A stretch of 64,000 nucleotides of DNA from Octopus sinensis (GCF_006345805.1 NC_043001.1:6076001-6140000), one strand, 5' to 3'; positions 1-14,111 are shown, counted from the first letter of the stretch. Numbers and translations: made by a program. The notes: a model not told the origin generated them from the sequence alone.

Positions 1-480
1 GAATATGTGATAAAATAAGTTTTCCATTAACTAACAGTCAATAATAATACTATTTGTTTTCGGGGGGTTTTTGTAAGTGTTTTTTTGTTGTTATTAGATA
101 AGAACCAGCAGTTGATGTTGAAACTGCAGGAATAACAATGTGAGGGATCAATACACTATTTAGTATTTTATTAGTTGCTCCACTCTTCAGTCGTACAATA
201 AGATCTTTTGTATTGCTAAGTTATTTTATTAAGCCAATTGAAGACGAAAATGTTTAAAAATCGATGGAAGGTTAGGTATCGACAATGTGCACTGAATATA
301 TTCAGATCGAAATGTTCTATATTCAAAATATACTCTGATATGCTCACATTTGCTATTTTTTAATATGTGCTGATACGCTTTCGTAGATTACACTTGCGCC
401 CACTCATGCAAACAAACACACACACACAAACACATACAAGAAACACCCGTGTACACGTATGCATAGAACCACACGTACAC

Positions 481-1000
<520 letters not shown>

Positions 1001-1936
1001 ATAGAGTGAAAGAAAGATATAGAAAGAACGAGGAAGTGTGATGCTTCGAAATGTCACGGCCGTCACAGCGGCGATATCTTCCCGCGTCATTGGGTCTTGT
1101 TATAGATTCGCCGCAATATGTCGATATAATAATTGCGTTTGTTGAATTTCGTAAACGTCGATATGCGTCTTTGTGTGCCGACTGTGTACTGCATTGTCTC
1201 TAATGTATATCAGTCTTGCCTTACACTTGGGTTTCACTAGTGGTCTCAGAGGTGACAATTATATGCGATTTCAATTGTTAAGCCCCTACAGGAACAAAAA
1301 AACACCCTTTACAAACAATGTGTCTTGGAAAGAACATACGAAAACTTGATAGTCCCTTGCAGCCAAAATGGTTTTCTCTCACTGTTACTGGTTGAGTCAC
1401 ACTATAAGTTCTTTAACCAACGTCTTTACCCAACCTTTTCACATTTTCGCATTGTTCATGCATTGTGTACCATCTTCTTCTGGCGGTGTACAACATTTAT
1501 TTTATATTTTTCAATCAAAAGATTACTGGGTTTGCCGCTTTCTCTCCAACCTTTTCTCCAAGCCCTCATGCCACGTATACCATATCCACACCTATTTACC
1601 TTCTCCCGCAAAACTTAATGCATTCTTCTCAACCCTTAGGTAAACAATAGTATTCACTGTATCTCCGACACCACTTTCTAAACTTACATTCCAACACAGA
1701 CATCCTCCTCCACATCTACACCTCAACCCATACTTCTCTTTCTTCCTCACTAACATCATTCAAAACCACAGTATCGTGAATTTTCTTCTCGAATCTACAA
1801 AGTTTTCACACGTTATGTATATATAGTGTATATAATCTGTATATCATGATGAAGAGTTCTAGTCCAAATGTTAAACACCATTCCGTATTTATTTTAATCA
1901 TAAAGTTTCTAAAATATGTTAAAACGTACGTCCACA

Positions 1937-2055
<119 letters not shown>

Positions 2056-2117
2056 TTATATATATATATACATTGTATCTATGTGTGTGTGTGTGTGTAT
2101 ACAATTGTCTCTTTTAA

Positions 2118-2266
2118 TTTCCTGCTACAAAACCACCAGTCACATCGCTTTGGTCGGCCCGAGGTTATAGTTTAAGACATTTGCCCAAGATGCCTTGTCG
2201 TTTGACAGGACCCAGAGCCATGCATTCTTGAAGCAAACTTCTTAACACACTCCTGCTGCCGCGCCT
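2118..2266 (-). mobile_element. tRNA-derived SINE, family B, degenerate
   Basis: Shares GCTTTGGTCGGCCCG..TATAG..AAGACA(C/T)TTGCCCA with copies at 4.7, 20.0, 39.7, 44.6, 50.8 and 57.2 kb. The head is at the right end. Confidence 0.75.
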
Positions 2267-3770
2267 GTATTCAATGCTTGCGCCTATATAGTATATTCTG
2301 TAGAAATGTTGCACTCGGTTCATTTCTAGTTACATTTGTCCAGTAAAGTCAATTCACAAAGTTTTAGGAACAGTGTGATCCACGTCTGTTAAAGCAACCA
2401 GTAGTTGTATACACACAGTGTCATTGTCGATCGCGACAAAGAGCTCAGACTTTACAACGTTGTTCATTTCCTCACACACTCTCGCGGACGCGTGTATGCA
2501 CGGGTATGTAACATGTGTGCACTCACTCGTTATCTCGTTATCTATCTATTTACTTACCGATGCATTATTTGTTATTGATTCTGTTATCTCAGAAAAAAAA
2601 AAGAAACTTTTTTTTTCTTCCCGTTGCACACAAATCAAATTGATTAAATTTTGGATGGGTATATCCAATTTCTGCTCGGTTATTATCTTATTCATTTGTT
2701 GCTATTAGTATATACTTTTTTTTCTGTCGTTAATCGAAATTCTGCAGAAAAAATTTTCTTATGTTTGCTAATCTCTTAGTATTATCATTTCAGTTTTTAG
2801 CTGATATCTAGTTTTTTTTTTCCTTGTATTTAGTTAGGCGATGACATCGCGTATGCATTTGAGTGCAAGTCAACATACCTCCAAGTATTTAGTACCATGG
2901 CGTTACGTGCTGTTTTCAAATTTCAATGAAATCGAATGCAATTCTCAATAAAATATATACAGAAAAAGAAGAACAGGTTGTATCCTGCAGTCAAATCAAC
3001 AAATTTACTTCAGCAGCGTTGCCAAATGAAGCTGGGATACGTTGATTTATTCTTATCTGTCTTACACTCGTTTTTTCTTTGGCTCTGTTCTGAAACTTCT
3101 TGCAATACCACATACAGGTTTCTAGCAAAGAAATGTGTGGACATTGTTTTACTTTATACACCAAAGTATATTTTTTTGTGGAAGTATTCTCTGCCAGGAT
3201 TCCACAGTCTCGAAAATCTTGGCAAATTATGCCAAAGAATCGTTATACTTCCCAAAATTTCCCTGTAGTATTGTTTAAAAATTATAAATTATAATTACAT
3301 AAACTGTTCATTTGTTGTTTATAATAGCAAGCGTTCTTCCATTACCTTTAAACAATATTGACAAAATGTTTTCTCAGAGACTTCTGATACTCAAATAGTC
3401 GTAGCTCCTATGAAGAGAAACAACCAAACCACCAAGTTAACCAATATCCAAATTAATTTCAATGGATATATTTTCCATTCTTACATAGCTTTTAATGCAT
3501 CTTATGGCAAAAGGTAGAACAGTTAAAATTGGACGAAAATATGGTTTTCCTTTAATTCAGTTTCTTTCATGCCAGCCAGATTTGAAGAAATTCATTTTAA
3601 ACATTTCAAAGAGAACAGCAGTTCGAAAATCCACTATTATTTTCGAACATTTTAATTTCACATTTGAAAGGGAAATATGCATAAAATCCATTAAATAATG
3701 GAAGTTTCTTTCCTTAGAATTTACTGAAAAAAATCTTCCACAATTCAACAGATCTATCAATCTATCTATC

Positions 3771-3813
<43 letters not shown>

Positions 3814-4269
3814 CGATCTAACATACTATCTTTCTGTCTGTATGTTTATCTGTCTATTTGTGTGTGTATGTGTGTGTGTGTGCGGGTGTGTGTGTGTCTG
3901 CCTGTCTGTGTCTATACGTATATATAAACAACTTATAAATGAGGGCAAACGAAAAAATTTCTAATGCCAGATATGCCGAAAACTAGACACATTGTCCATA
4001 ACCATATAATTTACCACAATACGCACGCTACTCGAAAAACGTCCAGAGAAATTTCTAAAATTCCGTTATTAACATATTATCCAATTATATGGTTATGGAC
4101 ACTGTGTCTTATTTCGGCATGTTTGGCATTAGAAAACTTTTCGTTTGCCCTTATTTATAAGTTGTTTATAAATTTAACCTTTAAAGATATTTTTTAATAT
4201 GCTGGCCACGGATGAATTTTTTTTTCGGAAAACATTTAACCCAGATTAAATATATATATATATATATAT

Positions 4270-4592
4270 ACAAAAAGCAATAAAGATTCAAGTTAATTTA
4301 AATGAATTTACTTGAATATGGTACCTAACTTAGATGCACCAAAACAAACTATACGGTTTTAACAATACAGTAATGTGGGGTGATTATAAGCGAGAAAGAA
4401 GCAACAAGAATGGATAGGTTTTTAGTACAATCGTTTCATACAAGGACAGGCTTTATTAAAAGTTGCAAAAATTGCAGCATATAAACGTGTCCCGTACTCG
4501 TGTCCCGTAATTTTTGCAACTTTTAATAAAGCCTGTCCTTGTATGAAACGATTGTACTAAAAACCTATCCATTCTTGTTGCTTCTTTCTCGC
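4270..4592. mobile_element. Fold-back element between (TA)n tracts, with an 84-bp perfect inverted repeat
   Basis: 4390-4473 is the exact reverse complement of 4509-4592, with a 35-bp spacer. (TA)n lies on both sides. Confidence 0.8.
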
Positions 4593-4639
<47 letters not shown>

Positions 4640-4662
4640 GTACACTTGTTTCACTCATTTGA

Positions 4663-4928
4663 ATGCGGCCATATGGAGGCATAACCATTAAGAAATTTGG
4701 GTGGAATGAATCGACCCCAATACATATTTTAAGCCAGGTCTCTTTGGCCGAATAGATAAGTTACGTATACGTAAACACAACACGACCGGTTGGGAAATCC
4801 ACTCACGTGGCACTGGCTGGCCCGACTCTGTAGTAGAAGACACTTGCCCATGTATTCATGCTGTGGGACTCAAGCCCGAACCGTCTGGCTTGGAAGCAAG
4901 TTTCTTGCCACGCAGTCATGCCTGCGCC
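4663..4928 (-). mobile_element. tRNA-derived SINE, family B
   Basis: Contains TAGTAGAAGACACTTGCCCA and ends in CCTGCGCC, like the other family B copies. Confidence 0.75.
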
Positions 4929-7019
4929 AATATAAAGACACCATAAAGAAAAATGGAAGATTATACATATTTAGGATTAACTTAGCAAAGCATTATTGCT
5001 ATCAAATTTCAACCCGATACGTTTTTGTACTGGATAACTATTCTTGTGTCTGTTGATATAGCAGTTATATACACCTATCTGATGTGGATTTAAGTCATTT
5101 GCTCATCCATCTCAGCTAGACATACGTAGACAGGTTTTTGGCAGGTTGTACCCTAGCGATGAAAACATCCTTTGTAACGGATATTGCAATATTTGTTAGC
5201 TTATTCATCCTAACGTGGATGTTTTGTGTATAACGCCTATGGATGCGGTAAACGTCCCAATAAATCATATCGTGTAGACAGCAAATATTGAAAAGCGTAG
5301 ATAATATCGTTTGACGAAAATTTGTTAGCACCATATGATGGTAAAATACTATTCCATCATTTTACTGTAATTCCTTAGCAACAGGTAGCAAAATAACGAA
5401 TGCAAGCGCGAAAATCAGCCAAAACCAATGTATTTAGCATCAGCCAACATCTGATGGTGTGGAGTAAAGTTAGCAGACTATGTATAAATTAGCTGTTCGT
5501 GAAACAGCGATGTTTGTAACGAACAGTAACTGTCATCCCCACGATATGATTTCTTGGGGCGTTAACCTAGGCGTTAAGAAGAGCACATCCATGTCGAGTT
5601 GGATGTGCTAATTACTGTCAGTAAAATAACATACCTTTCTCCTGAATCGTAAGAATATTTATGACGACCACTTCATAATAATCATTACTAAGCCAGGGAA
5701 ATTCAAGGAATGTGGAAATGCATGACGCGGTGAAATCAATGCTTCGTGTTCATTTTATAAACTAAAATACATTGACAAAATATTAGAAGTGTCTAGACGT
5801 AGAACTTTAAACTGCCCTAAGTACCATTGTTCCAGCTTTCATAGACGCAGAATTGATTGTTATGACATTGCATTCAATTTGGGGGAGGAAAACCAGATAA
5901 AACAATAAGATTCTTCTCGATACATTATACAAATGTCAGAAATGTGCTTAGCTTCAGGGAAATATGACTTCTTAAATTGATTGAGATTTTCCTGCTAATA
6001 TAAACACTCTTAATTCTTGTTTTCACAGGGTACTAAAACGAATGATGTTGTTAAAAAAATTCAAGCAGAATCCCGAATTCCACTTTGTGAATATTTGTTT
6101 TATATTCCGTTTTTAGACAAATGCCCTGAGAGTAAGAGTCTTAGTTTAGAGATTGGCTAAATTGTCTGTTTCTTCCGTTCTTTAAGTTTTCAAAGGTTTT
6201 ATTTATAAAATACATCCTGTAGTGTTTTATGTGTGTGTCTATCGTCTCCATAATTAGGAACGTGGCATATTTGATAGCAAATAGAAATTCATAATCTAAA
6301 TCTCCGGAAATATATTATACGGAATATGAATGTTTAAACTTCTTCTCAATAATTTAAACAGTAAAATGCTTGAATTTATAACCTATAAATATATATACTT
6401 ATTTCATTCGTAAAGGCACTTTAAACTTCCAATTCTTTTTAACATTTTCTTCTTTTAAGTAACATGACCAAAGCTTCCGTAAGGCAGCCATTCTAGATTC
6501 AATATTCATCGTACTGCTGCAAATGCTTAAGTGTGAGGTAAAATACTCATTATAAAGTCGGTTTTGAATATGTTTTCTATTGTTATATTAGTTTCCGTAA
6601 TGTGTCTGGTCATTTTTGTAAAAATTCCCCCGCCTTTTGTGTGGAAATGTTTAACAATATTTTGTACATTAGATCTCTTCTGCTGTCTGCGTCCAATTTT
6701 TTCATACGTGACTTACGTATATGAATTTTCATACATTTTTTTTATATTCCGCATTCTGTCGTTTTGTACTTGGTAATTTTCAAATATATTTCTCCGCATC
6801 CTATAAAAGATTGTAAAATGAAGTGAGGAGTAGGTGAGCCTAGCATTGACAGAGATGGAATCAATACATACTTATGACTATTTCAAATACATTGGCGAAG
6901 TTTTGAAGCTGTAACGACTTTTCCCTGCATTTTATTACAAAAGAAAAAGTAAATTTTGATGAAGTGAAAAGGAACTAAAACACCATAGTCAATCCACAGC
7001 GCCCTCTATTATACTAATA

Positions 7020-8000
7020 GTTGTGTTTCTCCCTCGTTAGATTTCTTCGCCACCAGATAGCTCTGATCTGACCAAAAAGACTAGCTTCCTTCATGACATT
7101 GCAATCGATATAGTATTAAGCGAGAATGTTTTCTCTGTTACAAACAGCAGCCAAAAGCTGTTACGGGTCCAAACATTCCTCAAGCATATTTGAACTAGCT
7201 TCAAATTTGTATATATCTAATTGCAGTTGTTTGGTAGGGCCAGGTTCGAATGGCCCACTCTCCATTCAGAGTCGTGAAGTGTTTATGCTTTACTTCGAAA
7301 TCAATATGAGTCATTGACTTCGATCTTGTGCGTAAATATTTGTTCACTTACGAATACTGTATCTAATGAGTTTCGTCCAACCTTAATTATATGTATTTGC
7401 TCTCTTTTCTACACGTGTAACTTCCATAACCTTCTTCAGATTTATTTCAATCAAAACGTATCATTTAGTAGTTTTGTCCTATTCGCTTACTAATATATCC
7501 ATTTTATCCACTCTTGCTTATAAACACGTTATACAACCATACATATTAAAACGTAGTCTGTTCACGTAATTTAAGAATGGACTGCTTTGTTTATATACAG
7601 TATAGCTACTATTAATATCTTTTCTAATACGCCAAAAGCTTATGGGTAATAAACAGAGCGCAGGCTTCCTTAATTTTTCTCTATATTTCTGTTTTGTTCA
7701 ATAGCTTTCTGATTAATCAATAAATTCTATACTTTGTGCTTGTTTTATTTTTGTACTTAGGGATATTATTTCCCTTTCTAGTAACAATTCGGGGTTTATA
7801 ATGGTTTCTATATAATTCACCAAACGTAGTTGCTAAGATTTCGTATATAACAGTTAATTATTAATATTAGGAATCCATGTGCTTACCAATCCCGGAAATG
7901 TTTTAGCGTAAACTGTTATTGATTATTTTATAGAGTTTGCTTTTTTGTTTTTTTGTTTGTTTTTGGCATACGTTTATATTTTACTGATTATTTCTTCTTT
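7020..8000 (-). pseudogene. Heavily decayed LINE reverse transcriptase, possibly RTE-like
   Basis: Manual minus-strand translation across stops and frameshifts gives VIYEILAT (YKIL-like), FID-x-QKA (FID..KAFD-like) and an FGQI (FGHI-like) motif in the expected order. Confidence 0.3.
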
Positions 8001-9157
8001 ATGAGAATAAATATGTGTTGCTTTTGTTATATATTCCAACATTATAGAATTTCCTTTATTTTCCCCAGTGAATATGTTTAATACTTGTTTCATATACTTT
8101 ACTCTCACAAATAAAAAAGACAAATCCTCATGATTTCCACCAAAATTTCTTTGTTGCTTCTATCTCAGAAATGCTTGATAGGATCATTGGCTCCAATCGT
8201 TTTCCTTTCCAAAATTGTTCCAGTTTTTTTATATGTATTTTCTTAACTGAATTGAATACCCTTTCTTTTCAATTCTTTTTCTCCTTTTAGAGCACTCCTT
8301 TTTTATTCCATTCAAAAATAGATACATTTTTTTTTTACTTTTAGATTGTTGTATAAGATCTTTTTTTCAAAAGGTTTGCTTTAATCTATTAATATCGATC
8401 CAGATTTCCCTTGGTGTTTGCTATTGCTGCTGAATAAATTAGGTTATTGAATCTATAGATATTACGGTTTGCATCTGCAGGAAGGCAGAACTAATTTTAT
8501 GAAGAATTCACTTATAATTGGCTATTATATCTGAAATATAGGTGTTTATTCTTAACCTGTATTGTCTGTTGCTACTCAACTGGTTTACTGACGGTTTTTA
8601 GCTTGAATATCACTTAAAGTCCACTTTATCTCTTCTGATAGGTGGCTCTTAAACTAGACTTCAATTTATACTCTTGCAACGTGGAGTCTTTCTAGTTGTA
8701 TAGTATTTCACCTTTTTACGAGAACGTCTATTTTGTTTTGTGGCGTTAGATCTATTTTCACTTCGAATTTTATATAACGTCGAGTGAAAATCGCTATATT
8801 AGTTATTCCAATGCATAAAACGATAAAATAAAATTCTAAACACAGTGTATTTAATATAGATCATACTGTCACGGATAGCAGTCCAGATTTGGTGATGGCC
8901 AAATACTTCATACTAGAAGCTATTTCTTTCCAGAGTCTCATTATCCGTTTTGATTCTTTGAGCTTCATTGATTTGAAATGTTTGCACAAACTCGGCAATT
9001 TCAGTTTAGAGGCCAATTCGGTTACATCGACTCCAGTGCTGAACTGGCTCTGGTTTTATCAAATCCTTCAAAATGAAAGACAAAACCGACATCGGCGGGA
9101 TTTGAAATTAGAACATAAAGACGGACGAAATGCGGGGAAGCTGAAGACGATCGATCA

Positions 9158-9328
9158 AAACGCTTAGCGGCATTTTGTCCGTCTCTACATTCTGAGGCCA
9201 AATTCCACCAAGTTAGATTTTCCTTTCATCATTTCGGGACCGATAAAATAAGTACTAGTTGATTACTGGAGTTGATTTAATTGAGTTGGCCCCTAGCCCA
9301 AAATTATTGGCCTTGAACCGAAATTCGA
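9158..9328 (+). mobile_element. tRNA-derived SINE, family A, degenerate
   Basis: Similar to GCTTAGCGG..TTCTGAG..CAAATTCC..CCTTTCATC..TTCGGG..CGATAAA in the cleaner copies at 27.7-28.4 and 54.5 kb. Confidence 0.7.
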
Positions 9329-9499
9329 TACCAATATTACTATGCCTGGATTTCGACAATGCAAAATAATTAATTTCGATAAAACCAAGTGGTTAAAGAA
9401 CTCGCATTTAGCGATTTCCTAAGAAAATATGATACGTCAATTGATAGGGTCTTATTAATTATTGGTCCTATGAAATTCATCCTAATAAAATGCTCCTTT

Positions 9500-10520
9500 G
9501 TGGCAATAATTAGCAATTCGTTTTCTCATTTCTGATTACCTACATTGTGCTTTACTTCCAACGCTCTTCTACATTTTTGCTCATTTCTTTTTTATCATGT
9601 CCAGTTCTCGATGTATTACTAGTATTGTTTTGACCTTCACGACTCACATCTTGACAACTTTTTCCACTTATTTTTGGACAATAATTTGGTCAGAAGGGAA
9701 CGCAATGCTTATCAGTATGCAGGTTTTTTTTCTTCCAATCTTTGATCATTATTTTTGTGGTGCTTAGCTTATATTTCTTATTCGGTTTGAACAAGTGTGT
9801 CCCACATGATTGAGGTGTATTCGTTGTCTTGTAGCTTGTTTGGCAACACTTTATACAATTTATTAGAGTCTTATATATGTTTAGTAGCTATCCCCCTGAT
9901 AACAGAATCTACTTTCCTATTCATTTCTTATAGTTTGCTTCTGTTGATGTCTTCTAATGCTGTTAATGTTTTTCTTACTTCTTTACTTATTACGTCCTGC
10001 ATGTCACCGAAAATCTTCTGATCTTCCTCCCTGAAATCTCTTTAGCCATTGCTGCCAGTTGTCCCTTCCTTATTGGTAGCGCTATTATTAATTTCTTTTT
10101 CTTTAGGCTTTCCTTGGTTTGTGGTGTATCAATTATGATGTTGTTTGTCTTTCCCACAGCGTGGTCTTTCTTTTCCCGCTCTCTTGTGATTTCATCCATC
10201 TCCAATCATGTCATTCACTGTCTTCTCCGAATAACATTAGCTTGATAAACAAATCTCAGCCCAGTCACCTTGGGCATACTCTTCTCTACCCACGGTGTTA
10301 ACATCCGTTTTTTACAGCCCATTCTTTTAGGGTATCTTTCTAAGTAACCCTGTATCACTATGCTGTTTTCTTCGCAGTCCACTTTCTCCTCCTTGATCCA
10401 TTATCAGCTGATGTTCTATTAGGGTGACAGTAGGTGGTCACTCTGCATCTTTTACTGATCCACTGCCGCTCGGGAGGCCTTCCGTTGAAGGTCCAGCTTC
10501 ATTTTAGTTTTTACAACCAG
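9500..10520 (-). mobile_element. Decayed RLE-clade (R4/Dong-like) non-LTR retrotransposon fragment
   Basis: Minus-strand translation gives ..DNEYTSIMWDTLVQTE..IMIKDWKKKTCILISIAFPSDQ.., matching the PD-(D/E)xK RLE region seen at 11.4 and 17.2 kb. Confidence 0.6.
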
Positions 10521-10599
10521 TAGTTTTCAGAAGTTCCTGTCTCTCATAAACTGAGGTAAGGTAACGTTCGTCACCATCGTCATCACCAACAATTATTGT

Positions 10600-10631
<32 letters not shown>

Positions 10632-10764
10632 ATATTACTACTACATTTTTCAGCGACAGCAACTGCTTAACTTCCCAATCTAACTTAACCTCCCATATCT
10701 ATCGACATTTCTTTCTTCCTTATCGCATAACTTGTTGTCAGCTAGGCATGCTATATATATGATC

Positions 10765-10796
10765 CATTATTATTGTTATTGTTATTATTATCATTA

Positions 10797-10867
<71 letters not shown>

Positions 10868-11033
10868 GTTATTACTTTTTTTTCTTCTTTCAAATTTGCT
10901 TCCATTTCTTGCCGAGTGTCTTCCCGACTCCTAGGACAAAGAAACTCATCTCAATAGTTCGTTCGCATTTTTTTTTTTAAGTTAAATTAAAATACATGGG
11001 TAGTAATAATTCTTTATTATAATAATAATAATA

Positions 11034-11093
<60 letters not shown>

Positions 11094-11100
11094 TATTATT
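10765..11100. repeat. (ATT)n/(AAT)n microsatellites
   Basis: Runs at about 10765-10872 and 11016-11100, read directly. Confidence 0.95.
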
Positions 11101-11600
11101 CAGTAGTCTTATTTTTATCACGTGTGTTCACTGCACTACCGAGTGCAACTCTGTGAGCCTCGAGAATGTGCTGTTGTGATGCTCTTTTTTTTCTGTATTA
11201 AATGTGTTTTCCGTAGGAATTGTGCGGTGCCTAACAGTGCTATTTTCTGTATGCTATATTTACTTGTTATTCCTTTTTGTTTTGCTATGTAATTGTCTGA
11301 ATATTCCTTTATCATACCTTATGGGCCTACTATGAGAAGAATTATTTCAGTTTTTCTAGACTCCTCATTAACGCTACCTCTCTCTCCGGATCTTTGCATT
11401 TTGAACATTTCTCCGTTTCTTTAGAGAAGCATTGTCATCTGTCAATATTGATATATCGATTAGAATGCATTTATTTCTTGGCGATCTCTGACAACTATAT
11501 ACAGTCTATTGGCCTGAATTTCTCTATTTGTGTGTATTGGCATATCCGATAATACGACTTCTTTCTCATTTTTTTATGTCAACATTATGTTATTCTAAAG
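11101..11600 (-). mobile_element. 3' end of an RLE-clade (R4/Dong-like) LINE ending in (TAA)n
   Basis: Translation gives ..DMPIHTNREIQANRLYIVVRDRQ..KCILIDISILTDDN..QKIALLGTAQFLRK, followed by a short 3' UTR and a (TAA)n tail. Confidence 0.8.
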
Positions 11601-12749
11601 CGTTGGCATAGCTTCCAGTGCATATGGATCCCAAATCTGGCGTGTCTATGGATATATTCCTCCTTAGCCAGGAGTGGCTAAGAAGGAATATATATCAGAG
11701 ACAATATAATTTATTGTTGCTTCTCCATGTACACATATATTCTGCAGTTACTTTTTATGTTTCTTTTCATTATATGTTTTTGGTAATTTCTGGCGGGGAG
11801 GATTTGGTCTTGTGCTGTAGAGACGGAAAATGCAATGGAGTATTTAGTCATCTGCCTCGATTTTGAATTTCACTAATACAGCGGCTTGCAACTTTTGTTT
11901 CTTGTCGTATGTATCAACAAGCACCGACAATTCAAACACAAGTAAAAAAAAAACTACAATCTAGAATCGAATTTCTGAAAATGCTATCAGGAGAACTCCT
12001 TGCTGATGAAAAACATTACGAAAGAACTTCAGTATCCTAAAGTGGAAAAAACGCGGGATGTGTCTTTAACAAAAAATCTAAAGGAAGTGTATGGTATTTT
12101 TGAGAGATTTTTGAAACTGAAAGCCACAAGGATGAAACAGTTTCCTGATTCAAAGATTTGAAATAATTTTGCGTAATATTGTATTTATGTTTTTGAATGA
12201 TAATTTGACTTGACCCACTGTGGCCACATTCATCTGTATGTGAACATTTATTTGTCATGTTTTCTACGTTTAATATATGATATTTTCTAGCATTGTGCGA
12301 GATTCTAGCATATATATATTACGTGATTCATGCACTATGAAGTCTTTTGTTATTGCTTTCCTAGTGTTATTTGCAAATGGGCCAATGTCCTGGGTGCTAT
12401 AAAGTGCAAGATATTTATGCAGTGCCGATATTAAATATTTGTAGAAGCAATTCATATATCTTGTGTTTGGAGTAGTCATTTGTATATCTGTGTCGAGGGA
12501 ATAGTTGCAGAAGGAGAAGCAATTTGACCGACATACAGTTAAGAATCTTCAGTCTATAAGTAAATACGATAACGGTTGACAGGGAAACAAGAGAGGGAGT
12601 AGTATATGCTGTAGTGCAGACAGTAAAGATCAATAAATGTGAAGGGCCATGATTTATTACTGTTTTCAATAACAATAGAAACGAAAGATTCTACGTACAA
12701 TGTGACTGTCTTGCTCTAGTTCAATGTTTGATCAAATATATATATTGAT

Positions 12750-12815
<66 letters not shown>

Positions 12816-12956
12816 AATTATTAGAGAGTTATCCACTATGTGGATAACTCTAGTGCTAAAAATAGCTCCGAAGCAACCACAGAAGATCCGTTTCCAACTA
12901 GAATCAACACACATTTAACTGAAGGAAAGTGAAATACAACGAATAAAATAGATTGA

Positions 12957-13030
12957 CTCTATACAATTGTTTCATTACTAATGCAATATGTAGTTTTACT
13001 TACACTTGCATCTATAAATCTTCGGTAGAG
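12957..13030 (-). ncRNA. Minimal type I hammerhead ribozyme-like motif with CCGAAGA (U4C) core
   Basis: Minus strand reads CUCUA-CCGAAGA-[13-position helix II, 11 paired]-GAAA-CAAUUG-UA-UAGAG. Helix I is CUCUA/UAGAG; the helix III region ACAAUUGU is self-complementary. Confidence 0.65.
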
Positions 13031-13448
13031 TTTGTCAGAAATGCAATTAATTAGATCGATTCGGGCGTCAAAAACACGAGCGGTCCAACCAATTACATTT
13101 TTAGTTATGTCTCAAATTCCGCGCCAAAAGCATGCCTAGACTCCATTGGAAACGTATGCCGCATCAATAAAATATTGACTGCCGCGTAGTTAAATTTATA
13201 AAATTATAAATGAGGGTGAAAAATCGATATTAATTTAATAATACCGTCAATTTAACACCAAGTGGCTTAGCACAAAAAACTACGGAGGAAATACAAATTT
13301 ATACATAAATTATTAGAGAGTTATCCACTATGTGGATAACTCTAGTGCTAAAAATAGCTCCGAAGCAACCACAGAAGATCCGTTTCCAACTAGAATCAAC
13401 ACACATTTAACTGAAGGAAAGTGAAATACAACGAATAAAATAGATTGA

Positions 13449-13522
13449 CTCTATACAAATGTTTCATTACTAATGCAATATGTAGTTTTACTTACACTTG
13501 CATCTATAAATCTTCGGTAGAG
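13449..13522 (-). ncRNA. Second copy of the U4C hammerhead-like motif
   Basis: Same as 12957-13030 except the helix III segment is CAUUUG, which is not palindromic. Confidence 0.6.
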
Positions 13523-14074
13523 TTTGTCAGAAATGCAATTAATTAGATCGATTCGGGCGTCAAAAACACGAGCGGTCCAACCAATTACATTTTTAGTTAT
13601 GTCTCAAATTCCGCGCCAAAAGCATGCCTAGACTCCATTGGAAACGTATGCCGCATCAAATAAAATATTGACTGCCGCGTAGTTAAATTTATAAAATTAT
13701 AAATGAGGGTGAAAAATCGATATTAATTTAATAATACCGTCAATTTAACACCAAGTGGCTTAGCACAAAAAACTACGGAGGAAATACAAATTTATACATA
13801 AATTATTAGAGAGTTATCCACTATATATATATATACATGCATCCAGTCTAATATTGAAACAGAACATTTGCAATGTCCGAAACATAGGTACTAGATTATC
13901 CGATTCTGGGTTGTCCTTTTATATAATGTTCTTCCTAGAGTTAAAGCGAATTTTTTTTATACTCCCTGCCTTCACACGTCTTTGCCAGTATATAAATATT
14001 AAAGCTTTACTATAGTGTCATAAATCTGTCGACTTCTATTTCCAGTAACCATTTCTGCCTTGTTGTACCGCTAT

Positions 14075-14107
<33 letters not shown>

Positions 14108-14111
14108 ATAT

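Larger units (their letters stand above)
12813..13821 (-). repeat. Tandem array of about 492 bp x2 plus a partial unit, embedded in (TA)n; retrozyme/PLE-like non-coding element
   Basis: Identical anchors recur at 12825, 13317 and 13810 (periods 492 and 493). The units differ by at least one substitution and one indel. Each full unit contains an HHR-like motif. Confidence 0.9.

Noticed and set aside
1020-1200. CpG-rich patch after the (GATA)n tract
   Set aside because: No ORF, splice signals, RNA fold or repeat match that I can support.
1400-1800. Possible RTE RT remnant on the minus strand (..AWRKGWRE..)
   Set aside because: Only loose resemblance across several stops; too weak without a profile search.
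13850-13900. ACATT/AATGT hairpin followed by GAAACATAGGTA
   Set aside because: No CUGANGA-like core in register and no convincing helix I.
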